From Antedon mediterranea (taxonomy: Eukaryota > Animalia > Echinodermata), in contig NC_092677.1 of NCBI RefSeq assembly GCF_964355755.1, positions 3,804,101 to 3,868,100 of the forward strand: DNA of 64,000 nt, read 5' to 3'. The notes under the pieces are model-generated. The model made no database searches, was not told the origin of the DNA, and worked only from the letters and a program-made list of their open reading frames with translations. This document shows, one piece after another, positions 25,901-34,900 of this stretch; the stretch's first letter is position 1; each line of letters starts with the position of its first letter. The translations under genes were made by a program, and so were the position numbers.

Positions 25901-26812
25901 TGTCATTAATATCATTCATTTTCTTCCTTCATCACTTCATTGTGTGCCTAACAGAGTCTTGGACCTGCAATGGTGGTAAATATTATCATAATCTTATTAT
26001 CATTAATAGTTTTCTTCACATTAATCTGTCTTGAAATTTATATTACATTATTTTATAGTATTTAAATACTTACATAAAGAATTATAACTTTGTGAAATAA
26101 ATATGTTTGTGAATTGTAAAAATTGAATGGAAACATTTTTAACAATTATTAATTTCGACCATTATTTCTAGTATGACATTTTTAATAATCATGTCATTGT
26201 GGACAGATGATTTTTTTTATTAGTCTTCTTTAGGAGGGAAGGAATCATGCAGTGATATCACTACTTTCCACTAAGGCCCTCACAACCCCGGTCATTTTTG
26301 CATCAAACATATATGAAAACATACTCCCATAGTCTAACGTCAAACACACTGCTCCACGCGCCCACTATTTGGGACGTTCATTAACAGACCCTGTAGTGAG
26401 ATAAAAGCTGTGTGTAATTCAGACTGCAATAGGTTCCGGGTCAAATCTCAGTATTTACAAATACTTTTTTGTTTAAAAATTAGGGTGGAGAATTTCAGGG
26501 AAGTCGCAAAGCAGATTTGGAAGAAAAGCAACGACTAATACAGTTAGTTCAGGTAAGTACAAGTTAAGACAAGTAACAAAAACAAAAAAACAGAACTTAT
26601 AGATAGGTCTTTTAATGACAGAAGCTGAACTTATCTTACACGCACTTTTGTTTTAATATTTCATTTAGCTTCAAGCCCAGGAGATTGAAGCCTTGAAAGA
26701 AGAGATAAGTTTGCTGTCCCGTAAAGGTGGTCATATATTACCTCCGACCCAACCACCTATGCCGCCAACTCCACACAACAGGCAGGTTATGTCAAGCAAT
26801 GGGCCCTCATAA
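1988..26812 (+). CDS. CFAP44: Cilia- and flagella-associated protein 44 (WDR52): acidic N-terminus, WD40 repeats, C-terminal coiled coil
   Basis: Approximate exons: 1988-2018, 4256-4675, 5985-6326, 6411-7200, 7606-7768, 7851-8170, 8462-8741, 9044-9202, 9427-9574, 9849-9943, 10121-10336, 10476-10586, 10840-10992, 12958-13078, 13826-13932, 14116-14276, 14494-14800, (14988-15029), 16764-16979, 17090-17220, 17666-18020, 18344-18532, 18900-19084, 19801-19951, 20382-20665, 21581-21885, 22043-22158, 22328-22504, 22849-23045, 23680-23905, 24200-24334, 26484-26552, 26669-26812 (TAA). Diagnostic peptides include [89 protein letters not shown] and [18 protein letters not shown]. Confidence 0.95.
2128..2600. 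repeat. Low-complexity TAGGCCTA/CTAG-rich tract in CFAP44 intron 1
   Basis: Dense degenerate repeats of TAGGCC, TAGGCT and GCTAGC. They continue more weakly at 3621-4200. Confidence 0.8.
2604..3620. mobile_element. Foldback-like non-autonomous DNA transposon with ~340-bp TIRs and an 8-bp TSD
   Basis: Ends read (C/G)GGTCAGTCTAATTACCGAAAACAACC... on both strands. The inverted arms span about 2604-2960 and 3285-3620 and contain 10-bp CCGAAAACAA subrepeats. The direct repeat TTCTAGGC flanks it at 2596-2603 and 3621-3628. Confidence 0.9.
4984..5270 (+). mobile_element. tRNA-derived SINE with a Deu/Nin-like core
   Basis: A-box-like TGGCCAAGCAG and B-box-like GGTTCGAGTC are followed by the core CTCGGATAAGAACTATAAACCGTAGGTCC...TTTAAAGAACC...GAGTAGGGGGTTACCCCGGTGTAC. 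Homologous copies occur at 19470-19790, 30484-30546 and 51850-52030. Confidence 0.8.
5668..5783. mobile_element. Harbinger/PIF-like MITE family A (first of ~24 copies)
   Basis: TIR AGCTCTGTCTACACTATCAAACT with TAA/TTA flanks and internal AAATATGGTAGTGATATG subrepeats. Other copies (approximate): 7243-7378, 8193-8385, 8794-8938, 14300-14420, 14820-14937, 15809-15940, 15996-16646, 18205-18302, 18743-18875, 22547-22690, 24655-24802, 41341-41493, 41825-41995, 42583-42729, 46388-46477, 48102-48223, 49935-50056, 50180-50344, 50945-51100, 51332-51380, 53289-53449, 55031-55200, 61423-61558. Confidence 0.9.
7201..7605 (+). other. U12-type (minor spliceosome) GT-AG intron in CFAP44
   Basis: The 5' site is GTATCCTT. 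A branch-like TCCTTGAA lies at 7586-7593, 10 nt before the terminal AG, and there is no polypyrimidine tract. Splicing restores the frame KI-H-HSFGYDC. Confidence 0.8.
11194..11512. repeat. 35-bp minisatellite, ~9 copies
   Basis: Unit GTATCACATGTGTCACCTGATTAACCCATGCTTAA. Confidence 0.95.
11745..11885 (-). mobile_element. tRNA-derived SINE, second family
   Basis: The minus strand reads GGAGCTGCAGCTTAGTGG...GGGTTCAATCCTG...AACTCCACTCCCTAAGCCTCAAATAAGACTT. A related plus-strand copy lies at about 29735-29845. Confidence 0.65.
12125..12515. repeat. 68-bp tandem repeat, ~5-6 copies, derived from a dispersed repeat
   Basis: Unit ACTGAAAAAATGACAATGCTGTGGATATCAGTGGCTGGATCTCAATGGAGATACAAAATAAAATAAGA. 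Single inverted copies occur at about 33915-33985 and 47440-47535. Confidence 0.9.
12568..12675. repeat. ~108-bp imperfect palindrome (probable MITE remnant)
   Basis: ATGGCAATTAACATCTGT...AATATTAATATTTGGGAT pairs with ATCCCAAATATTAATATT...ACAGATGTTAATTGCCAT. Confidence 0.75.
16110..16630 (+). mobile_element. 3' fragment of a CR1/L2-group LINE nested in a family A MITE
   Basis: Frameshifted ORF2 C-terminus ([10 protein letters not shown]...[13 protein letters not shown] / YHNLNTRS...[16 protein letters not shown]), then a 3' UTR with AATAAA and a (CTAT)n tail. The MITE left half lies at about 15996-16100 and its right end at about 16631-16646. Confidence 0.85.
19470..19790 (-). mobile_element. 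Near full-length tRNA-derived Deu/Nin-like SINE
   Basis: The minus strand reads GAGTGAGTGGCCGAGCGGTTAAGAC (A box)...GGTTCGAGGC (B box), then the core, then a (CAAT/TCAAT)n tail. Its head abuts the 3' splice site of the exon at 19801. Confidence 0.85.
20966..21527. repeat. 48-bp minisatellite, ~11-12 copies
   Basis: Unit TTTACAGCTCTTGTCTGTCCTCAGTGCTCCCTTTGGCGATAGTTGTCA, intronic in CFAP44. Confidence 0.95.
23075..23400. repeat. 21-bp minisatellite
   Basis: Unit ACATTTTCTACTGCA(C/G)TAACT, about 15 copies. Related short TACTGCAGTAA motifs are scattered elsewhere in the window (about 778-830, 7530-7550, 23935-23960). Confidence 0.9.
25392..25670. mobile_element. Harbinger-like MITE family B with an internal 96-bp duplication, nested in a Tc1/pogo-like MITE
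   Basis: TIR AGCGTGGTTCCCACTAG...CTAGTGGGAACC. The left ~96 bp is duplicated (25392 and 25488). The host element CAGTAGATCCCTATTAA...GGGGACA...GTGTCCCCTTAATAGGGG flanks it. Other family B copies occur at about 36086-36221, 41059-41240 and 61937-62175. Confidence 0.8.
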
Positions 26813-27007
26813 AACACAACAAAATTATTAAATTTCACTAATTGTATCATATTGATTTTATTAAAATTATTTCTGTTGTCTCATTTTATTTTTAAAATGA
26901 ATTAGTTATTATTATTAGTTATAGATATAAAGTTATTATATATGATATTCTTGTTGTGTGGTACAAAATTGATATATGTTGTTTACCTGCACAAGTTGTA
27001 TTTTGAT

Positions 27008-27487
27008 TCCGTCCACATTTGATGTACACTGTACTATGCTGTTAATATTACAAGTGTTTTATACCTTGGTGAGTAACTCTCCTTCATGATTTTGTTCAAA
27101 TTTGAATTACAAATTTTTTCTATACCGTGAAATTCATGCACATTATTTCCACCTTATTCATTCGTGTGAATGATTCCGTCCAATATAATAATATTTTAAC
27201 TTTGTGTTAAAAATTGTATATATATATACGAAATAGAAATCCATGCAAATATTTACTATAATATGCTTAGTTCACTCCGTCCATAGTTCAAAACATTAGA
27301 TGTATTTGATGTCATTATATTTTAAAGATAGAATTTTACATAAACACACATTCAAAGAAAGTGTTGCATTAACAAAATATTTTGAATATATTGTGATGAA
27401 AAAGTTGTACTGTACCAACATGGAAAATTACATCAATATTTGTAAAAATCTATTTGAAAGCGCCATTCCATAATATCAATCCGTCCA
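27008..27487 (+). promoter_or_regulatory. Cluster of four miR-184 8-mer seed matches (TCCGTCCA) in the putative CFAP44 3' UTR
   Basis: TCCGTCCA at 27008-27015, 27175-27182, 27276-27283 and 27480-27487, between the stop codon (26812) and an AATAAA at about 27565. Confidence 0.65.
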
Positions 27488-28724
27488 AGGTAACATAGCA
27501 TTCTTCCAGTTTACTGATATAACACTATTCCAATATTCTGTGATGAGTGTAATGTAAATAATATAATAAATCAAGATACTACTGTATATTATAACCTAGT
27601 CATGTTCATTTGTTAAAAATTACTTTACTTAGTACAGCACTCCAAATTTTTGGTTTTTTAAATTGCTTTATAAGGCAATTATAATCTTTTTAAATACTTG
27701 GCAACACTTTTATCTTGCTTAGTATAGTACTTGCTTTGTTTGTTAGCACGATAGCATTCACAATTTTTAAGTTATCATTCTGAATTTTCGGTGTAATTAG
27801 GTAGATACTTGCAGAATATGCCTTTTGAAATTCAAGAAAATTGGTTCGCAAATAAAAAAAAATAAATATTTGTATTCTTTCATCATGGGCCGAAATATTC
27901 ACATGCGCCATCTGGCAATATTTTGCAAAGTACTTCACTCAGTTTTTGAGTTCTTTAATTTTGTTTGTTTTTGGTTATTTTTCAATCGTTAATTAAATCT
28001 GAATTGTTGGCTATAAACCTCATGGAGTCGCACAATCGACGCGACATTCATAATCGTACTTTCACTGTTGATAGATTTTTTAGAACTAATAACAACATTT
28101 CTTCAACATTTAACAGTTTTATGGGTTAGATACACAGAAGCCAAAGTGGCTTGTCTTTGTAGTCTAAACATAAAACAAAGACGGATGCAGTACATTTTGA
28201 GACAGAAAAATAAAAAAACAAATTGAGATTAAGCAAAATATTTACAACTCCATTGTGCAGTAGCACTGAAAAAAACACTAAACAGCAATTTAAATACCTG
28301 TTTCCAAATAAGTTTATTGAATATATACACAGAAACAATACTACTGTACAGTAAATTCTAATTGATGTTGTGATATTTTTTTTCATCTTTAATATCAGTG
28401 AGAAGTTAAATATGTGGACCAGTTTGCACTATATGTATACAAGCGAAATGTTATGTCAAACCTTTGTACACAATACTTAGAAAGAAGAAGAAATAGAAAG
28501 AGGCTGGATTTGAAGTCACTGTTAAGTGACATCTTCTAGTGCACGATCATGCCAGAATACTTAGTACTTGTTTACTTCAGTTACGATAAGAAGTCTTAAT
28601 GGTCAACAACTAGTCATATTTTTATGTGCAAATCAACAATTATTAGTGTGAACAAGACTCAACAGTCAAGTGAAATGTAAATCTAGAGTATGTTCAGACA
28701 GCATTTAGAAAGTTCTAAGAAGAA

Positions 28725-31700
28725 TCAGAGCACCAGCCTATCTGGATCAACCTCCTCTTGGCTGTAGTCGTGTTCATCTGGTTTTTCCTTGAGAGCATTG
28801 TCCAATTTATTCTCCTCTGCTAATGTACGGAAATGCTGAAATAAAGAAGAAAAAGATTGTGTCGTATTTTTGGAATAATACTGAACATTCAAGTAGGGTG
28901 GACTTGAGGTACGAGTGCCAGGCTAGTGATCTGAAGGTTGTGGGTTCGAGTCCTGACAAAGGTTCATAAATTCATTCATTCAGGCTTATCGCCTGACTTT
29001 ATTTACTTTAGGCCTCTGGCCCCTATTTATTAACAAAAATAAGTACAATTTACATCAGTTTTGGCAGAATTTTACAGCTTATTCAAACTAACCTGAGAGT
29101 TTTTAAACTCCGAGTAAAGTGTGAAGAGAACATGCAAAGCTTGAGTTTTACTCTGGTAGATTGGGATATCAAGAATGGCACAGATCATCTCCACATACTG
29201 GTCTAGGGTGCAGTCAAGTTCAGCTGTTGGTAGTCCAACCTTATTCAGAAGCTCCTCAAATTCTTCTGGCCATTCCTGCATCAAGGCTTCAATTTCTGGC
29301 ATTGTTCTATAGAGAGAAAAACATGGTGTATTGAGAAAACAGTTTGTTTAAGGTATAGCCCTCAGTCAGAAAATTTATACTTTTCGAGTCTTTGTTCTTC
29401 GAGGAGAAAGAGCTAGATTGTCAGTTTATCCATGTAAGCTTGGCACGAATTAGACACTTACTTATTGTAATGTACAGTAGGTGGTGGCTTAGACCTATGC
29501 AAGTCACTAATACTTTCTATCCAGTTTTTTATTTGTTTAGGATTCTTGTCCGCGTTCTCTATACTCCTGACTTGCATCGTCTTGGATGTAGTCTGCTTGG
29601 AGATTGCACGTAGCTGCAGGTCAAGGACCGTGGGGTCAGACTGCTTGGCGCATGGTTCATCGAGCACTGATAGACCTAATGTGTCTGGCTTGTTGTCTGG
29701 CCTTGGGATCTGTAAGGACAGAGAGAAAAAGAATTGTGGAGTTGTGGCTATGATGCTTGGCTATCAATGCAAGGGTCCTGGGTTCAAGTCCTGTCATATG
29801 TCAGATTTTTTGCAACTCCACTCCCAAAGACTTATAATAAGACTTTGTTTAAGTAGTTGTGTTTATGTTTTTCTTGTGAACGTGATTGCAACCTTTACAG
29901 AGGATAGTGAATGAATTCGGATCGAAAGTTTTGTCTATTTGGTGCTATTATCGAGTTGGTTGGTGACGTGCGTTGGAATGTAAATTAGTTAAGCTAACCC
30001 AATCAATAACCGATTGTCAAACAGGACATTAAAAATAAATGAAAAAACTTGCCTTAATAAAAGCATCTATGTCTCCAACTGCTGGTATGTAGTCTGGGAT
30101 AAATGGCCTCAACTTGTGATCTAACTCAATAGTCTGAGGGGTGTATCGTGTAATGTATTGGAATAGATCTTTAATCTCTTCACTCACAGGCAGAGTGTCA
30201 TACTCGGCTGGGTCGTAAGCGCTATAAAACAATTTTAGGAGACCAAATAAAGCATGGTACAAATTCAAAATATACAGGCTTTTAAAAGATAAAAATATTG
30301 TTAATTTGTACATTTTAGATAAAGAAAATACTACTGATAAAAATCAAAAGTAATTTTAAACCCTTTAAGATGTAATTCATCTGTGTGTAATGAAAGCTAT
30401 AGAACGAAACACAAACCAGTTGATCTGTGGCCATTTCTCTAATGTAATTTATAGATTTGTTTTGTTTTGTTGTTGTTTTTATAGTTATGATCAGTGGCTG
30501 TGAGTGACAGTGGCTGTGTGATGTACTAGTACACAGGGGTAACCCCGCTTTGTAAGCTTAATTTAAACAAATGATCACCCTTCTAATGCCACATGGGGGT
30601 CATCGCCATCTCCATCAGAAGAATCTGATCCAGATTCATCATCATCATCATCATCTTCTTCTTCTTCTTCATCGTCATCATCATCATCGTCTTCCGAAAC
30701 TTGCCGTTGCTTTGGTGGTACCGTCTGCCTTGGCGGGTTTAAAGCCTGCAAACAAAACATGAAATACAAATAAATTAATATCATTTTTGCGATGTTATAC
30801 TTTTTAAATGATTGACCACACAAGAGGTTTTAGTTCGTCTACTCTACCTTCTTTGTCATAACCTCGTCCTCAAAGTCATCATCGCTGTTGTCCGTCATGC
30901 TCGTGCTATTTCCTCGCAAACCAATCCCAGCTTTATTCAGAAAGAGAAGAATAATTAATCAATTAAAAAGAATTTTAAATATATTTGTATTAACTATTAT
31001 AATAAATTTCTGTTTATCTACAAAAGAAGGGTTGATAATAAATAAAAGGTGTAAAGATATGATTAATTTTATCTAGGTTTAGCCTAGGCCTATTATACCT
31101 GTACCTGGGAAGCCTGCAGGAACTCGTGGGCTAGGAGTGTAATTTGAAGCAACCTCTTCTGCGTCCGGCACTTCTAGAGACTCGTCGTATGGTTGGTTAG
31201 TTACGATCTTTGCCTGTAAAAATAACAAAAGCAAATAATTATCAGATACTGTATATCATAACATAGGCTATAATAATAGAATACAGTAGCATTAGTTTTA
31301 GTATTATTATTATTATTGATAATGCCGGTACATACTGAAATAATATATATAATAATAAAAATCCAATCAATATTAATTATTATGTTTGCACATTTACAAT
31401 GCGTCCAAAGTGTGTGGGCAGACGTAGGCCTTTTTAAAAATTACCATCATCTTTAGAGGCTGGTAATAGCATAATAGAGGCATCATCATATCACACTTAG
31501 GCCTATTCCCCGGGGTGCCTTCCCCGGCAGTGTCTTTTTAAATCAAAAGTCAATCAATGATTATGACAATGAGGTGAGAGCGTCCCACACACTCTTCCTA
31601 GCAACCGCGAATCTTACTTGTTTTTTCAACAACTAAAGCCATTTCTTATCATTTTTTGCAGCCCCAAATCCACTTTAAATACTACTCTAATAGCTACATG

Positions 31701-31785
31701 TACTTTTGTTTAGTTATAATACTTATAAATGATTTAAAAACTAGAAATTTACTCCTCCGTTTTCGTCTTCAGAATCATCCGCCAT
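28725..31785 (-). CDS. IFT46: Intraflagellar transport protein 46 (IFT-B1 core subunit)
   Basis: Exons 31785-31753, 31213-31105, 30930-30848, 30745-30579, 30221-30053, 29709-29462, 29306-29093 and 28835-28725 join in frame. The product reads MADDSEDENG...NQPYDESLEV...acidic tract...LEGAYDPAEYDTLPVSEEIKDLFQYITRYTPQTIELDHKLRPFIPDYIPAVGDIDAFIKIPRPD...LDEPCAKQSDPTVL...LMQEWPEEFEELL...LHVLFTLYSEFKNSQHF. Confidence 0.97.
29710..30052 (-). other. Non-canonical GC-AG intron in IFT46
   Basis: The donor reads AAG|GCAAGT and the acceptor CCTTACAG|ATC. This join gives the conserved peptide DAFIK-IPRPD. Confidence 0.85.
31592..31605 (-). promoter_or_regulatory. RFX X-box-like motif in IFT46 intron 1
   Basis: GTTGCTAGGAAGAG on the minus strand, with a strong GTTGCTAGG half-site, about 180 bp downstream of the IFT46 ATG. 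Confidence 0.5.
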
Positions 31786-31974
31786 TTGGCCATCGCAGGT
31801 ATGTTGATTATTAATAGAGGGCTCACTTCATTCAAATATAATGAGGGCAGTATTGATAAATAATGAGGTGATTTTTTCCCATCAGCAAATCAACATCATT
31901 ATTACAATCTTGAGTTCTCAAAAATGTAAATAAAGGTCATTTTTAGTTTTCATTTGTTGCATATTAATTCTGGA
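31786..31974. promoter_or_regulatory. Putative bidirectional promoter between IFT46 and GRAMD1
   Basis: Only 189 bp separate the divergent ATGs at 31785 (-) and 31975 (+). The interval contains repeated (T)AAT(A)GAGG(G/T) motifs. Confidence 0.65.
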
Positions 31975-34900
31975 ATGGCCCAGAAGCCCCAACGGTCAAT
32001 GCTTTCAAGCCAGAGGACACTTTTAGAACTTGCTGAGGGTAAAGAATCACCAACGACAGGTAATCGCGAAGGCCGACCGACTTCTCTTCCTTCACCACTT
32101 GCAGGTAGTTTGAGCAGCGGCGGAAAAGCCGATGAATCGCCTACTACTGGGACTGCGGCGGAGAGAGAGCCTGGATTGACCACATCATCACCACCGGGTT
32201 CTTTGAATATGGACAATCTTGGGAAGACTTCAAAAGAAAATGATCATCCATCGATGCGGAGAAATGCTAGTGCACCAATTACTTTATCTGGTGTAGGCCT
32301 AGGTGGAACAAATGGAGATTCACACAGCCTTACCAGGTAAGACAAATATTAATTTATAAATTTTAATATTAATATTATTATACTTATTTGACCTAGGTCT
32401 ACCTCTAGCTCAGGTAGGCCTAGCAAGTAGGTAATAAACATACCTTTTTTTTTAGTTTTTCATGTGATTATACTGGCAACCTTTATTTTTTTGTTGCAAA
32501 TTATAAAAATCACTGATCAATAAATAATGCACTTGTCAATTGTATGACCCACTATACGACCCCCGGGAGAGGTGCGTCATTTGTCCGATGTGCGTCATAC
32601 TTTTGAATACCATGACGCACCCGTGCGTCAATTATTTTTACTGTTTTTTAAAGAGGATACTGTAATCCCCAAGGGCCAATGTTTTCATGAATGGTGGATG
32701 ATAAAGGTGATAATATATATTATTGATGTATTTTTAATGTTATGTATTGAGATGCCAAATAAATGTAAGAAAGAAAAGAAAAAGTGATGGATATTGACAC
32801 GCCATTTTTCATTGATGTGACGTACCATCTAGGTTTTTTACACACCCCTGCATTAATAATACTTGTAAATGACGCACCTCTTCCGGGGGGTTGTATAGTG
32901 GGTCATACAATTGACAAGTGCATAACCCTAAAATAATCTCAGTTGTAATATAAGAGAGATCAGCGAGAGAGAGAGAAATGCGAGAAAGAGGGATCAGCGA
33001 GTGAGAGAGAGAGATTTTTGTAGTTTTGTAAAAGTAGGTAAATTTTGATTGTATTATTGTAATTTGTTCTCTAAATATTGTAGTTCAAGTAAAATAAATT
33101 CAAAAGTGTACATTCAATAAAAACATTATAGTGTTTTTTTAAAAATTCTATTTGAAATAAATTATGATAAAATACATTGTCAATTATATAATTGTTAAAA
33201 TGACCACCACACCTGCATATAATGTACCGGTAGCATATGGCTTTCATTGTGAGTTTTAATGGTATGTTATTTAAATACAATTTCTGATTATTAATTACTG
33301 TATATCAGGTGATCAGATTATTTCTGCAGGTTAGATGTTTTGATAAAGAATGATGATATGTTATTATATTACAGTTTATGATGTATGCTATACTTAATAT
33401 TAATGCAGTTATATTATCATTATTATAGTTAAACATTAAGATTTTAACTACGGACAGTAAAAAAGACATTTAAAATTCACAATTTAACAATAACATTTGT
33501 AATGTTAAATTGTGAATTTTCTTTTTAATAACATACAAATGCACCAACTTCCTTCTGTTTTTAACTTGTGCCTGCAGTCCGGTTTCCTTTTCTTTTTTTT
33601 TTATTCATATAACCATCCTTATAACTTACTCATAAGTAGGAATAAGTACAAATTTATGTTTGCTGCCCTCTGTAGTATGCATTTTGTTGTACTGTAGGTG
33701 ATGAGAGTCAGCAACGAGACATAAAATATTGTTAGTATCTAAAAAATTAATGATCTTGTGAAAAACCATCATGATAAAAAACATTTTCTTAATAAAATAA
33801 TAGAGTACTGTTAAAAAAAAATTAATTATAATTAATATGAAATGAATACTGTTTTGGTAATTTATTTAAGTTCTGCTAATTTTTCTGGCTGTTTTACTTT
33901 TATTATCATTTTTATTTAGCATTTTGCTTATTTCATTCCAATCTTCATTGAGATCCAGCCACTGATACCCACAGTCATTTTCTTTTGAATTTAATTAATT
34001 AATGAAGATATTATTTGTTATTTCTTTACCTTGTTTTTTATTTATTAGAAATAACATGAAGCATTATTATTCTATTGCAATAACTACATTTTCTGAACCC
34101 TTTTAACCTATTTATGTAATTAAAATCTTTTTTGGGGGTAATCCTACACCCCTGTTTATTGCAGTGACTGCCTGATAAATTTCAACATTGATTTAAACAA
34201 ACTAGTCATTCATTATTGCAATAACAATTATTGAACAGTACTGCAGTCGTCTGTAGTAAAATTGTCACCTAATCCCTAATAACCTAATACTGTAGTGATA
34301 TACTAATAATTGCCTCAACCAGTGAAGAGAGAAATTAAACAGTGCACACAATTCCACTATACGCTACCTATTGTTTTCTTTTTGACACCGTCATTGTTTT
34401 TAACAAGAATAGAACCCATCAATAGGAATTTTCACCAAACAGTTTAATAAGTGCATTTAGCATCCTGTTGGCTGCTATGGAGACAAAAGCTTTGATCTGA
34501 TTGGCTAGTTGTTTTGTGTCATTCATTCATAGAAAATAAGATTACTTAATCGCGGCTAAGATGATGACTTGCAGTACCGGTGTATTATGAAGTACCAGTA
34601 GTCACTGGTGACCAGCAATGCAGATTTTAAATTCTTATAGGACTACGTTTTTAAAGTTGACTGCCAGAGTTTTTTTTTTTACCAAAAGAAGCGCGTTTGT
34701 TAATCTACCTACCACCAGGAAGCTTTCGACGTTGCTGCAAGCATTGTAACACAGGCCGCCACACAAAGACTGTCCGTTCTATTTTCTGCATCATCGGGTT
34801 TTTTTCTACTGGAAACCAGGTTTGAGATTTGTATAGGAGAAATTGATTCCATAGATTATCTAATACCGTAATAATATTCAGCTTATGTAATAATGTAGCC

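Noticed and set aside
26990-27520. TGGACGGA on the minus strand as a cluster of miR-184-like precursor hairpins
   Set aside because: I found no convincing complementary arm by eye next to the copies I examined, and the sequence beyond the seed does not match mature miR-184. The target-site reading on the plus strand fits better. RNAfold plus small-RNA data would settle it.
33660-33675. CTCF-like cores (CTACAGAGGGCAGCA here; also AGAGGGCG in the foldback TIRs and GAGGGC in the promoters)
   Set aside because: These are partial matches to a degenerate motif and cannot be distinguished from chance without a matrix scan or ChIP data.
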